The position numbers were made by a program, and so were the translations under genes. Below, piece by piece: positions 40,101-48,063 of a stretch of 51,191 nt of DNA. The stretch's first letter is position 1; each line of letters opens with the position of its first letter. Under the pieces are notes generated by a model. That model had not been told where the DNA came from. It did not search any database and saw only the letters and a list, made by a program, of their open reading frames with translations. Source of the DNA: an uncultured bacterium (lineage in GTDB: Bacteria > B130-G9); NCBI GenBank assembly GCA_965372715.1, contig CBDVDH010000022.1, positions 1 to 51,191 on the forward strand. Reading direction: 5' to 3'.

Positions 40101-42343
40101 ATACAACAATATTGCGACTTCAAATAGACATTGCCGCTTCGCGCGATCGACACATTGGTGTAGTCGGCCAGATTGGCGTCATAGCTCCATTGAGTTGCGC
40201 CAGCCGAGTTGAGGCAATACAGCCAGCCCGTTGAGTTCTCGCAATAGAGATTCCCGCCCATATCGACGACCGGCATGCGGTCATCCGCAAAGCCGTTCTT
40301 CGACCAATCGACGTTGTCGCCGGGGCAGCCCAGCGCGGGGGACCGCGATCGCCGGGTGGCTCCGCATTTGAAGACCGGCCAGTGCGCCACCTCAACGCTC
40401 AGATAGTATTCACCCGTGGCATTTGCGCCGTCGCTGTGTTCCACCGCCAGGAAATAGGTTCCGTCGGACTGACAGGTCCATCCTATTACAGAGCCACCGG
40501 CAAGGCCCGAGCCGCCGTCGAAAGCGAGCTCCTCTGCGCAGCTAGGATCGTAGATGTAGAGGTCTGTATCGCAATCTGAGGAGGCCAGGGCCGTGCGTGC
40601 GAAGTATGATATGTATTTCTGCGCCTCGAACTGGACCCAATCCACGTCGCCAGGGAGGAGCGTCCTTTGCTGCGGCGTGCCGTCCGTCTGAATAGTGCGC
40701 CCGTTGCCTTGGGCCTCAGCACAGCTATCGTCCGGCTCGTAGTCGTCGCCGTCGTTGTCAACAATTGGCCCGGAGAAACGGCCTGAAGAAGGAAGATAGA
40801 CGAGAGGAGCGCTGCTCTTGTCGCGCGCCCTGAAATTGAACGCCCCGACACGCTCCGGACCCATGATTCCATCGGCGTAGTATAACCCGTCGTGGGCGGC
40901 GCCCGTATGAAGCGTCATGTCGTAATCAGTGCCGTCGCCGAGAACGATGTTGACCCGTATCAGATTTGGCGTCCTTCCCGCCGGACTGTGGTAATAGACC
41001 CAATATGTGTAGGAGTCCGAATCGGCGCCAGCACTCGGCGTTACTCGGCCATTAGATAATCGTGGCAGAGACTCGACGCAATAGACCTTGTTGTCGCTGG
41101 AGCCAAAGAGCACCGTCTCATACGGGCCGATTGCGGGGCAAGCGCAGATGTTGTCACCCGTTTGGTATGACCATTTTGTGAGGCCGAAGGAGTTGACAGC
41201 GTAAAGCCATTCGTAGTTGTAGTCGAAGTAGATCGAGCCATCACCATCAATCGCTGGGGACGTATCTACGGGGTCGGCAAGAGCAAGCGACCACCTCAGC
41301 GTTCCGTCTGACCGCAGGACGCAGAGGTCCGTTACAGTGTTACCATCAGTTGCCCCCAAGACGATGGCGCCGTCGGAGTCAACGGCCACGGAGCCGACAA
41401 CATTGCTGGTGGACCTGGTGTCGAAGCTCCAGTCCAAGGAGCCCCCGGAGTTCAGGGCTATAAGTTTATTGTCAGCTGAGCCGAAGTATAGGCATCCGCC
41501 ATCCTCGCTCAGTGTTAAGACGCCATCCACCTCGCCTCCGGTGTTATATGACCAGCGATAGCCGCTGGACGAGTTGAGCGCATATATCTTGTCCTCGTTG
41601 GTTGCGAAATAGACGAAGCCGTCGGATGTTACGGCTGGCGTCTGGGTGAGCCACGTCCGATATGAGAGCGCGTAGGACCAGTCGAAGTCCCCCGACGAAT
41701 CGATTGCGAAGAGATTTTCCTCGAAGCTCGCATAGACCGTCCCGTCATCGCCGACCGTCGGGCCCGTGAAGTTGCCGCCGCTGCCCATGTAATAGAACCA
41801 ATCGCGGGATCCGCCTGAATCGATGGCGTAAAGGTAACCTTCCGCCACTGTGTGGGCTGCTTCGCTGTCGTCGGAGAGTGCCGGGAATGTCGCTGCATCG
41901 TTGAACGTATAGCTCCAGGCCTTGGTCCCGTCGTCGATATCTAGCCAATAGAGATAGCCTGGGTAAGAGCTTGGGGCGGTGCAGAACGCGACCTTGTCGT
42001 CGCCAGAAATGGCGATACTGTCCACCGGGTCATCCCCCGCGTCGTAGGTCCAGCGCAGCCTCGCGCTCTGTGAGCCGCGCAGGCCCGAGCGCGCGCTGTG
42101 CGCTCCATCGTATCCGAATTGCTGCCAATACGGCGATGCAGTCAAGGGCTCAAAGGCGACTGATACATCTGAGCATTGGTGAAGTTCGGAGGCAGAGAGT
42201 GGCTCAGTTTCGGGCGGCGAGTATCCGGGAAACAACAGTCCAGTGAGCGCAGCGCCAATGATGATTATCAGAATTGGAATAGACAGCCTTCGCCATCTTT
42301 TCTCGAAGAGTATCGACATCGGTGTAACCCTCCCAGGCTTCAT
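31157..42343 (-). CDS. Giant (3728 aa) exported multidomain surface protein: 2 PQQ-like beta-propellers, PPC-like domain, 13 ~97-aa Ig-like repeats, 6 FN3-like repeats, 3 C-terminal lineage-type domains
   Basis: N-terminal basic+hydrophobic segment; repeated SPAI..DG.IY.G...LYA....G...WSY; DxxxPxSxC...ATDxAGNxE repeats; WxTxE.. FN3 repeats; 11-kb uninterrupted ORF. Confidence 0.9.
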   Translation of the reverse strand: MKPGRVTPMSILFEKRWRRLSIPILIIIIGAALTGLLFPGYSPPETEPLSASELHQCSDVSVAFEPLTASPYWQQFGYDGAHSARSGLRGSQSARLRWTYDAGDDPVDSIAISGDDKVAFCTAPSSYPGYLYWLDIDDGTKAWSYTFNDAATFPALSDDSEAAHTVAEGYLYAIDSGGSRDWFYYMGSGGNFTGPTVGDDGTVYASFEENLFAIDSSGDFDWSYALSYRTWLTQTPAVTSDGFVYFATNEDKIYALNSSSGYRWSYNTGGEVDGVLTLSEDGGCLYFGSADNKLIALNSGGSLDWSFDTRSTSNVVGSVAVDSDGAIVLGATDGNTVTDLCVLRSDGTLRWSLALADPVDTSPAIDGDGSIYFDYNYEWLYAVNSFGLTKWSYQTGDNICACPAIGPYETVLFGSSDNKVYCVESLPRLSNGRVTPSAGADSDSYTYWVYYHSPAGRTPNLIRVNIVLGDGTDYDMTLHTGAAHDGLYYADGIMGPERVGAFNFRARDKSSAPLVYLPSSGRFSGPIVDNDGDDYEPDDSCAEAQGNGRTIQTDGTPQQRTLLPGDVDWVQFEAQKYISYFARTALASSDCDTDLYIYDPSCAEELAFDGGSGLAGGSVIGWTCQSDGTYFLAVEHSDGANATGEYYLSVEVAHWPVFKCGATRRSRSPALGCPGDNVDWSKNGFADDRMPVVDMGGNLYCENSTGWLYCLNSAGATQWSYDANLADYTNVSIARSGNVYLKSQYCCIYALASDGGFRWSYGVDDDSGGLVALSADEQVYFGRGDWLIALESDGSLDWTFNSRHEIVAPPAIGIGGRLYFGNTFGFLFSLQSDGSFVWYKDLEQGISTTPLVNSTGDILTLTDDGVVFCFEPDGTLNWTYECDGGDVTASPALGLSDRILIPKGTDKLFCLASNGSFLWSYTGGMDLHSTPAVDRDGYIYIGYDGMKSLNPDGTLRWTHNVASLNADSSPAIGPDGSVYLEVGTRLYKFSEADLELSGGNVDPDQGRGYSNYLFDVNYQSTVAPDVIQVYIDGSPFRMSLKDGDANDGLYRYQASGLDEGAHEFYFYAESPTGRWDRDPDSGVYDGPVVDDTAPESETDSPAYFSSGDIPVDFEASDHGAGIDTVFLYYAFQDGGWTEFYSTTATTGAARCDPIHGDGEYHFCSRATDGVGNQENYPPDPDSTTIYDSTKPTSSCTSPQFTNASPFGVDFDADDGGSGVAEVVLWFNKDGGGWTYYETISDATQGTFDFTPSGEGEYEFYTHAEDRAANVEDPPASPDSNTIYDTTKPTSECSSAPFVSTSPFDVDFVADGGGSGVAEVALWFNKDGGGWTYYDSTPNETEGTFAFTPSGEGEYEFYTRAEDRAANVEDPPASPDSNTIYDTTKPTSECSSAPFVSTSPFDVDFVADGGGSGVAEVALWFNKDGGGWTYYDSISNETEGTFAFTPPGESEYEFYTRATDRAGNVEDPPGAPDSTTVYDSTKPTSSCDSPQYDKDVPIQVNYQADGDGGAGIQKVELYYRFEGDEYHLFGDVPDETGCFDFDAIAAPGTYGFYTIAYDDAGNVEDPPGEPDSETLFDNVAPTSACTSPEFVTGGTIAVTFVAADAHSGIAQLDLLWKTEGTAWAVFDSVNDQESGTVGFNPPGDDKYSFATKARDRAGNDEDFDGTPDSQTVYDTQRPASDCDSPQYVSGATIAISYSAEDAECGVKNVELWYRLNDGTWTFSGHVSTECTVGTFDFIPEDHGTSGFLDADADGQYDFYTLAFDRAGWEEEPPATPDASTMYDTMEPESTCSSPGFSTSASIIVRFVATDTTAGIASVELYYTHSGADSGPILWGTSTAGTVGVFDFVATDAGYYELFTIGHDHAGNVEGAPGAPDSQTLYDDSGPTSEASCDAFASTSPISVSFEAQDDSSGIDRVELYLRDGSGWVLSDEAQGAASGTFEVAVAGEGVYEFATMAYDLAGNDESLPGQPDCSCLLDATEPASVCYAPQYSKSSAFDVDYEAQDALSGIDKVELYLKDGDGWVFSDSKPDVSVGTFGVTFATEGVYGFATIAHDFAGNIEDFPADADCSCLLDMSSPSSICYAPEFASTATFEVRFEASDGGSGVAAVGLFHSSDLDGAWRPYGESTAGTVASFAYNVPFPAERHVRYSFFARATDNAGNNELPPATPDAETIYDAAAPTTSCTVPAYASLSTIEVDFAVDERLAGLDWAKLYYRYASDGWRDGSQATTATIGVFAFVPPDGDGRYEFCVGAGDRCGNVTVPPDPCCWATYDTVKPVSSCSSRSFVTGSSIDLSFTASDELSGLDSVRFWCKYADGAWRETGLGSRDPSGVVSFIPADGDGIYSFYSRATDNAGNEEDAPGDADCVVAVDRSQPVLSIGRVNPQTGTPDLDYTFSVVYRDADGAPPSESTVVLDGVAWPMTLASGDPADGTYSHTTRLAGGIHTFFFYFVDAYGLDVRLPTAGAFSGPAVNSVPALDDGKVAPTVGDTETVFEFSVDYHDDDGDEPLGVQVVIDGAALDMVPATPATCDPYDMRYLYTRKLAEGAHDFFFRCQDLNGASDRLPDAGQYAGPNVSSFDGAPPYCRDMAPAPGETDVPSDTTISLRIVDDMSGVDPSSIEMTVGGVVATPSVMATPGGYHVSVTPMRPFPERMVVQVTVSVCDTSVRRNCLDRFEYSFTVEDTTAPMIIPGSISCAAGDNVAVVEWLTNEPSDSLVEYSPEGGLPSATESTVMRCFHTVCVRGLAPATTYHYRVGSKDEAGNGPTYSSWRVFVTLLEPDSSPPIIVAGPAVTVFETSITIVWATDEPATSSAELSASPGDGARGRTTRVVQTDDEYRRRHAMFMSGLAPNMTYHARVISSDMSGNTVRSSTFEFATLEMPDTLPPEILEGPRAIYVSDSIAVIGWTVDELALSWVQFGTSDSYGQTASDRRTSLVHGVFLAGLLPATEYHYKVFCMDLMDNGPSSSADLTFTTLATSDRAGLFCVSGPEVAYLTDKLAKIEWVTNRVSDTRVVFWEAMSGPEEGQAWRDGRFRRLHEAFLGNLRPNTTYRYIISSTDPSGNSLASPESGAFTTLADPDTQPPTISGVGLSYNAEGKVRIDWRTSEPGDSRIEFWKKGSRQRSKGSWAGSENKQEHSGWLGDLDAGLEYECKVGSADSSGNTSWSASTTFSSSWEDDVLSPSFTSGPDVETRRGPALLAIVWTTGEIADTHLVYWRRAEEDTEKFTWASYEHSTDHRVELSGLEPGAYEFEASSRDPAGNSTEPHDGAFTISGSADAPRLSNPYVEPGFGSPATDFTYCVNYIHSGGAAPRQMNVVIDGNQARVMSLIQGAPNDGVYEFSTRLSAGYHTFAFKFQSSSAEWVMSPESGAYEGPVVTTIPDFSIKVRTDRDSYQVGDVQTVVVDATNRGESADVDFYACVLTSGGDLLFWPDMSTDAAPFSLTPFPGHSSFLDFELHSFTIPAGWALGDYVWFAGLTEPGTWDTVCKIATSSFTVRRPDLDLDLTLNDTVFIPGDEMIVNLSLSNPGDDIDADLYVYVTLPDAASLYLPGLTTAPTPYALSVPAGFSYTDYEMFRITMIEGLPDGRYTWSAFLNEHGLSERISNTTSADFEIFNVKLTMSVNKTDFRPGDEFIAAVGVENFGPDIYLELYSWVVTPDGMFFYLPGLDMIVNPAYSFSPLPEGAKYGAIPILETTLPAGLASGVYCIQAALLVPGAESPSGRIAEAWFTLSDE
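38010..38600. repeat. Recent 291-bp (97-codon) tandem duplication inside the giant gene
   Basis: 38010-38309 versus 38301-38600 differ at about 4 positions by eye. Confidence 0.9.
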
Positions 42344-42656
42344 AGATTCTCCACAATGTTAATCATTATGGTAAGTGGGGACTGACACTGAGTCAAACCC
42401 GCAAAGGGCAGGGGTTATATCTGAATCGCAGGTGATTTCTCTTCTGCCGCTGGTTCCCTCAAGAGGAATACGATGGACAACGTGCGTCCGACGCAACGGA
42501 TTCCGTTCTGAAAGCGACAACACGGCCCTGAAAGCGCCAAACAGGTACTTGCGTGTAACGTGCTATCCCTTCATGGCCACCGGGTGCTTTTGGACGCTCC
42601 CTGGAGGCTGGGACATAAGTCGATTGGCGAGGATTTCGTTGTCCATTCACAGACTA

Positions 42657-42685
42657 ACGATACAGGAAACACGGCCGATTGTCAA
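42657..42685 (-). promoter_or_regulatory. Sigma70-like promoter for the giant gene
   Basis: Minus strand TTGACA(42685-42680)-N17-TATCGT. Confidence 0.55.
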
Positions 42686-42733
42686 GATCAACGCGGCGGT
42701 TTTCATTTGCGACGCGATTGTCGGAATCGGCCT

Positions 42734-42839
42734 GTAGGGGCGGTGTCTCAGACCCGCCCGCCTACATGAATCCCTGCGGATACGAGGCATCTCATGCGAC
42801 CATCAATTCGAAAGGGCTGGTCTGAGACCACGCCCCTAC
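42734..42839. repeat. Inverted GTAG-REP doublet (REPIN-like)
   Basis: GTAGGGGCGGTGTCTCAGACCCGCCC ... GGGCTGGTCTGAGACCACGCCCCTAC. Confidence 0.85.
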
Positions 42840-42990
42840 ACAACCGCAACGACTTATGTCCCGGCCTCCCTGGTCCGTGGGTTGACACCTTGCGCTTCGT
42901 TCTTGGGCGCGAGGGGTTGACCCGGATGACAGAGCGTGGCTAATCTTTCTATGAAGAAAGACTGTCGGCTTCAGGTCTGGAGGGAGTTAA

Positions 42991-45900
42991 ATGAGATGCG
43001 TTCGCTGCGGGACCGAACTGTCCGGAGGCGCCAAGTTCTGCCCGGAATGCGGTGAGAAGCAAGGACCCTCGAGGCGGGCCATCTTTAGCGAGCGGGAGAT
43101 AGCCGATATCCGAGCTCACTTTGAGACGGACGAGTATCTTTCCAGGCTTCGGGACATGGCTCGGGACGGGCTCTCGATTGAACGAAGAGACATCGCGGTA
43201 ATGTTTGTCGATGTGTCGGGCTTCACTCGCATGTCTTCGGTGATTTCGCGGGAGCAGCTCAGGCTGGTGATGCACGATGTCTATTCGGTCATGACCGAAG
43301 GGATCACCAAATTCGGGGGCTACATTGACAAGTTCTTTGGAGACGAGGCGATGGCCCTCTTTGGTGCGCCGATCGCGCTCGAACACCCTTGTGACAGGGC
43401 CATAACGGTTGCCAGCGAGATAGCGATTGGACTAGGGGGCGTGAACTACCGTTTCAGGGACATACTGCCTGCGCCTCTCTCGATACACGCTGGCATTGCC
43501 TTCGGCGAGGTGGAGGCGGGTCGATTCGGCGATTCGAGGGAGCTTCAATACACGGTCTTGGGCGAGGCCGTCAACCTCGCCAAGCGACTGACTGATGCGG
43601 CGCCCGCGGGTGCAGTCTTTGTCTGTGAGCAGACCCGAGAGCGGGCTTGCGAGCGTTTCGAGTTTGAGGGCCTCGGAGAGCTCCAGCTTGAGGGGATCGA
43701 TAGACCAACCCGCGTCTTTCGGGCGCGGGGTCCTAAGACTGCGAGGACGGAGCACCCGAGATTCGGACGCCTGGACGCTCCCATGATCGGCCGTAATGCC
43801 GAGCTGGGCAAATTGAAATCAGCGTTTGAGAGCCTCTTACGTTGCTATCCGGACCCCAAGCCTTGTGAGCCCGGGGAGCGCGCCTATCGTCATGTTTCGC
43901 GCATCTTCGGAGTTGCAGGCGAGGCTGGCGTCGGCAAATCGCGTCTGAAGCGTGAGTTCAAGCATCACTTACGTGCTCTTCTGGGAGAGGACGGCTTCAC
44001 CTGGCTTGCTGGAAGCGCCTGGACCATTGGCCAGACGCCTCTTTACTGGTCGTTAAAGGCGACTATCTCGTCCGGCGCAGGCTTTGACATGACTGGCTCT
44101 CAGCAAGCGATCCGTGACCGCCTTCTGAAGCTTCCGGTTCTTGAGAGCGACAAAGAGGAGGTGCTTCCCTATCTGTTTCACCTCTTTGGTCTTGAGGATG
44201 AGAAGGGCCGTCTCGCCCAGCTGGATGCGAAGACGATCAAGGAGAATCTATGGTTGGCGGTCAGGCGTCTTTACGGCCGATGGACTGAGATCAAGCCTAC
44301 TGTTCTTGTTTTTGAGGATATGCAGTGGGCAGACGACGGAAGCGCGGACTTTGTTGACTATTTGTCAGATTTCGTCAGTGATTTCCCGATGCTCGTCATC
44401 CTTCTTTATCGCCCGGAGTTTACGCCAAGTTTTGCGAGGGCCAAGAGGGTTCTGTTTACCCAGGTCCGGCTGTCGCCGCTTTCCTCCTCAGCGGAGAGAG
44501 AGCTCTTGGACTCGTATATCCATCCCGGGGCAAGAGAGCAGGTTTTCGTACGAAAGCTGCTGGAGTACTCAGAAGGCAATCCTCTTTTTCTGGAAGAGTT
44601 GCTTCACCTGATGTACGAGCAAGGCAAGCTAGAGCAGCACGATGGCATGCTGCGCCTCACGCAGGATGTGGAGAAGATGCCTCTGCCGACAAGGCTCTCA
44701 GAGGTGCTGTCCGACCGCATCGACACGTTGTCTAAGCGCGATAAGAGGGTTGCGTATTGTGCGGCAGTTATCGGTCGTGCGTTCCCTTATAGCCTTTTGG
44801 CTGACGTTTACGACTCACTCGGCGGCCTGGAGGACGTTTCGGATTCCCTGGATGCGCTCGTCAAGCGAGACATCATCTTCAAAAAGCCCGGCAGTTCAGA
44901 GCCGGAATATGTCTTTAGGCACGCTCTGATACGGAAGATACTCAACCGTCGTCTCATGGAGAGTCTCCGTCGAGAGCTCTGTAGGCTTATCGCGGTCCGG
45001 GTGGAGGAGCTCTACTGTGACCGGATCGAGGAGTTTTATGAGATGCTTTCCGGCCACTGGGAGCTGGCAGGCGATGCGAGTCGGGCAACGCGCTATTCCG
45101 CCCTATGGGGAATCTACAATCTAAAACGGCAGAGACATCTCTCGGCGCAGGAGGCGTTTGAGAGGTACGGGCGTCTGTCAAAGGACTTGACTGAGAAACC
45201 ACTTTCGCCAGAGGAGCAGGAGGAGGTTCTAGTCAGTCGAATAGAAGTTCTTCAATTTCTGGGGCGCTACGAGGAGTCTTTTGAGCTGTGCCACGCCCTC
45301 CTTTCAAGCGCGGGCGAGGACCCAGCGCGAATGGCTCTCGCGCTCTCGAAGGAGGCCAAATCGAGGCTCTTCATGGGCGACTACGACCGCTCGTTGGCCC
45401 TTGCTCAAGAGGCGCTCAAGAACGCTAGGGCAGGCGGCGCCGCCAAGACCGAGGGAGACGCCTTGAACATAATGGGCAACGTCTTCTCCTGCCGCGGCAA
45501 CGTTGACGAGGCGCTTAAGAGCTATGACGAGTCGGTCGCCATAGCCCGTCGTCTGAACGACCGTTGGCTGACCGCCGGGCTGCTCAATAATATCGGCCTC
45601 GTTTACAGGCGTCGAGGAGAATATGACGAGGCGCTTCGCCACTTCGAGGAATCACTTCACATAGGCCGTGAGATATCGGACCGCTCCCGCATGGGCCACT
45701 GCCTCAACAATATCGGGGTCGTTTACTTTGCCCAGGGCAATTTCGATTCTGCTCTTCGATACTACCTGCCGTCGCTTTCGATAAAACGAGAATTGGGTGA
45801 CCGGCGGGGTGTTGCGACGACGCTGCACAACATCGGCGAGATATACAGTATTCGCGGAAAGCACGACGAGGCCCTCAAGTCCTTAAGCGAGGCACTGTCT

Positions 45901-46395
45901 ATATCTCGCCAGTTAGGTGATCGGGCGGGTATCTCGTTCACACTCTCCGGCATAGGAAACGTCTTTGCTGAGACAAACAGATGGGATGAGGCGCAAAAGC
46001 ATGCTTCAGAGGCCGAACGTATATCCAGGGAGATCGGGGAACTGCGCGCGCTTGTCGAATCACTCATTGTGTTGTCGAACGTGAGCATTAGCGCCGGCGA
46101 TTGGGATGCAGGCCTCAAGCAGGCGCAAGAGGCCCTGCGAATATCCGAGCAGAATGAGCCCGAGGCGGCCATCAACTGTCACCTCGCCTTGGCTAAGGCT
46201 TATCTTGGTATGGTGAGGTGGTTTGATCAGAGAAGAAGCGGTCAGGAGCCTCCCCTTTCACGCGACGAGGCCCTCACCAACGCTAAGGCTCACGCGAAGC
46301 AGGCTGGGGAACTCGCCAACAGCAAGGGGATGAGGGGTTATTCAGACAAGGCCGACGGGCTATTGGCACAGCTCGGCAAGATGCGCGGCTCGTAA
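42991..46395 (+). CDS. Zn-ribbon / class III adenylate-guanylate cyclase / AAA_16 (STAND-like) NTPase / TPR protein
   Basis: CVRC..CPEC; MFVDVSGFT, DKFFGD, YTVLG, VNLAKR; Walker A GEAGVGKS; Walker B FEDMQW; EGNPLF; TPRs LNNIG; GGAGG RBS. Confidence 0.92.
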   Translation: MRCVRCGTELSGGAKFCPECGEKQGPSRRAIFSEREIADIRAHFETDEYLSRLRDMARDGLSIERRDIAVMFVDVSGFTRMSSVISREQLRLVMHDVYSVMTEGITKFGGYIDKFFGDEAMALFGAPIALEHPCDRAITVASEIAIGLGGVNYRFRDILPAPLSIHAGIAFGEVEAGRFGDSRELQYTVLGEAVNLAKRLTDAAPAGAVFVCEQTRERACERFEFEGLGELQLEGIDRPTRVFRARGPKTARTEHPRFGRLDAPMIGRNAELGKLKSAFESLLRCYPDPKPCEPGERAYRHVSRIFGVAGEAGVGKSRLKREFKHHLRALLGEDGFTWLAGSAWTIGQTPLYWSLKATISSGAGFDMTGSQQAIRDRLLKLPVLESDKEEVLPYLFHLFGLEDEKGRLAQLDAKTIKENLWLAVRRLYGRWTEIKPTVLVFEDMQWADDGSADFVDYLSDFVSDFPMLVILLYRPEFTPSFARAKRVLFTQVRLSPLSSSAERELLDSYIHPGAREQVFVRKLLEYSEGNPLFLEELLHLMYEQGKLEQHDGMLRLTQDVEKMPLPTRLSEVLSDRIDTLSKRDKRVAYCAAVIGRAFPYSLLADVYDSLGGLEDVSDSLDALVKRDIIFKKPGSSEPEYVFRHALIRKILNRRLMESLRRELCRLIAVRVEELYCDRIEEFYEMLSGHWELAGDASRATRYSALWGIYNLKRQRHLSAQEAFERYGRLSKDLTEKPLSPEEQEEVLVSRIEVLQFLGRYEESFELCHALLSSAGEDPARMALALSKEAKSRLFMGDYDRSLALAQEALKNARAGGAAKTEGDALNIMGNVFSCRGNVDEALKSYDESVAIARRLNDRWLTAGLLNNIGLVYRRRGEYDEALRHFEESLHIGREISDRSRMGHCLNNIGVVYFAQGNFDSALRYYLPSLSIKRELGDRRGVATTLHNIGEIYSIRGKHDEALKSLSEALSISRQLGDRAGISFTLSGIGNVFAETNRWDEAQKHASEAERISREIGELRALVESLIVLSNVSISAGDWDAGLKQAQEALRISEQNEPEAAINCHLALAKAYLGMVRWFDQRRSGQEPPLSRDEALTNAKAHAKQAGELANSKGMRGYSDKADGLLAQLGKMRGS

Positions 46396-46413
46396 GGCTG
46401 TTTGAGATGGGAC

Positions 46414-47280
46414 TCAGAACTCGATGCCCAGAGGCGGGATAGCAACCCGGAAGAGGTAACTGTGCATCAGGTGCAGCGAGTGGAATAAAACGCACCACCT
46501 CATCCTGCCCGTCCTGAATAAGATGACGCTGGCAAAAAGACCCCAGATTGCCATGCACACGACGGGGAACCAGCCGAGATGCCCCCACTGGTGGAAGTGC
46601 CCATATCCAAACAGGAAGCTGGAGCCGATTACGGCAGGCCATCTGCCCAAGAGATACAGCAGTGCAATGAGGATAGCACCGCGAAACAGCAACTCCTCGC
46701 CCAGCGGGACTATGATGAACCTGCTGACGGCAATGAGCCCGGCGGGACGTGTTTTCTTGGGTATAATGTCATATACCTTAATCGTATATGCCGACATGCG
46801 CTTGGAAACGAGTTTTCCGTGAGGTAGCATCGCCTTCTGGATGCCGATGTAGGCCCCGGTGTATATCAAGGAACACACAACGAGGAGTTTGACGGCGCTT
46901 CGCCAGGGCATTTTTCGACCCAACGTGCGATAAAGCACCTTGAGATCGCGACGGAACAAGGCCCAAGAGAAGACCGCCCAAAGCCCCGCCCGAAAAGCGA
47001 TCAGAACCTCCCTTCTGCACCCCTTCACTTTCCAGCTCAGGCATAGCGACTCAACAGTCCAGCGGTGCAGCGATGAGCCTTCGAAAGCCTCGGCAATCCA
47101 ATTCGCCACAAAGTAAGCAAAACACACCTTGAGAAGCGCGCACAGGAACCGGTAGATATGCCGTGCAGAAGGGCTGGGGTCGCTAGGCTCCGTCAACTCC
47201 CACCCTTCGTGGAGGCCCAGCCATTGGCGCGATGCTCGCCAGGCATCGATTGCTGACGAAAAACGCGACTTCGCTTTCAA
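46414..47280 (-). CDS. CPBP (CAAX protease/Abi) intramembrane metalloprotease
   Basis: Multiple TMs; PLGEELLFRG, LFGYGH, FHSLH; start approximate. Confidence 0.85.
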   Translation of the reverse strand: MKAKSRFSSAIDAWRASRQWLGLHEGWELTEPSDPSPSARHIYRFLCALLKVCFAYFVANWIAEAFEGSSLHRWTVESLCLSWKVKGCRREVLIAFRAGLWAVFSWALFRRDLKVLYRTLGRKMPWRSAVKLLVVCSLIYTGAYIGIQKAMLPHGKLVSKRMSAYTIKVYDIIPKKTRPAGLIAVSRFIIVPLGEELLFRGAILIALLYLLGRWPAVIGSSFLFGYGHFHQWGHLGWFPVVCMAIWGLFASVILFRTGRMRWCVLFHSLHLMHSYLFRVAIPPLGIEF

Positions 47281-47309
47281 TGTGTTTGCGTCCTAGTTGC
47301 GTCGGGGGT

Positions 47310-48014
47310 TTATGGGATGATCTGAAGCCTCTTGACGAAGCGTTCGAGGCGCGGCCGCAGCGCGAGCAGCTCTTCGCCGTCCATTGGCTCAACCGTAGCA
47401 AGGGACGGGTCTAACGTGTTCTTGTTCCTGAAGTTCTGGATTGTCCAGACGTCCGCGCCTCGTATCGCCTCGCCAATCCGGTCGAGGTCGTCAAACGTGA
47501 GAAACTTCGGGCAGAATGTGGTCCGAAACTGATGCGGCAGGCCGCAGCTCTTCATGATTTCTATCGATTTCTCAATCGCCTCGAGCGACGCGGTCACGCC
47601 AGTTACAGCGTCCATCTTGGCCCGTTCGAGCGGCGCCTTGACGTCCATGACGGCGTAGTCGAGAAGCTTCTTCTCGATCAGGCTCCTAAGAACGTCCGGC
47701 CTTGAGCCGTTCGTGTCGAGCTTCACCTTGAGGCCGTATTTGTGGAGCGATCTCAAGAGGTCAGGCAGCGTCGGGGAAAGCGTTGGCTCGCCGCCGGTCA
47801 CAACCACGCCCTCGATCCACTTCTTCTGCCTTCTGAGCCTCGGGAATATCTCGGCCTCAGGAATCCTGGGGACCTTCTCGGGATGCAGCACAAGCTCCGC
47901 GTTGTGGCAATAGGGGCATCGGAAGTTGCAGTTGGGCAAGAATATTATCGAGCAGACCGCGCCCACCCAATCGAGAAATGAGACCTCCACATAACCGCGG
48001 ATGTTGTAGTTCAC
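47310..48014 (-). CDS. nrdG: Anaerobic ribonucleotide reductase-activating radical SAM protein (NrdG-like)
   Basis: SFLDW.G, CNFRCPYCHN, GVVVTGGEPT, VKLDTNGS.P, MDVKAP, FRTT. Confidence 0.85.
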   Translation of the reverse strand: MNYNIRGYVEVSFLDWVGAVCSIIFLPNCNFRCPYCHNAELVLHPEKVPRIPEAEIFPRLRRQKKWIEGVVVTGGEPTLSPTLPDLLRSLHKYGLKVKLDTNGSRPDVLRSLIEKKLLDYAVMDVKAPLERAKMDAVTGVTASLEAIEKSIEIMKSCGLPHQFRTTFCPKFLTFDDLDRIGEAIRGADVWTIQNFRNKNTLDPSLATVEPMDGEELLALRPRLERFVKRLQIIP

Positions 48015-48063
48015 GTCATCTGTACCGAATTATCCCTCTCACGAATGCATGAACGCGATTCCT

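Noticed and set aside
42375-42737. 120-aa plus-strand ORF; region as c-di-GMP, c-di-AMP riboswitch or 6S RNA
   Set aside because: No RBS or protein motif; I could not find the consensus elements of those RNAs by eye, so it is kept only as an unassigned candidate
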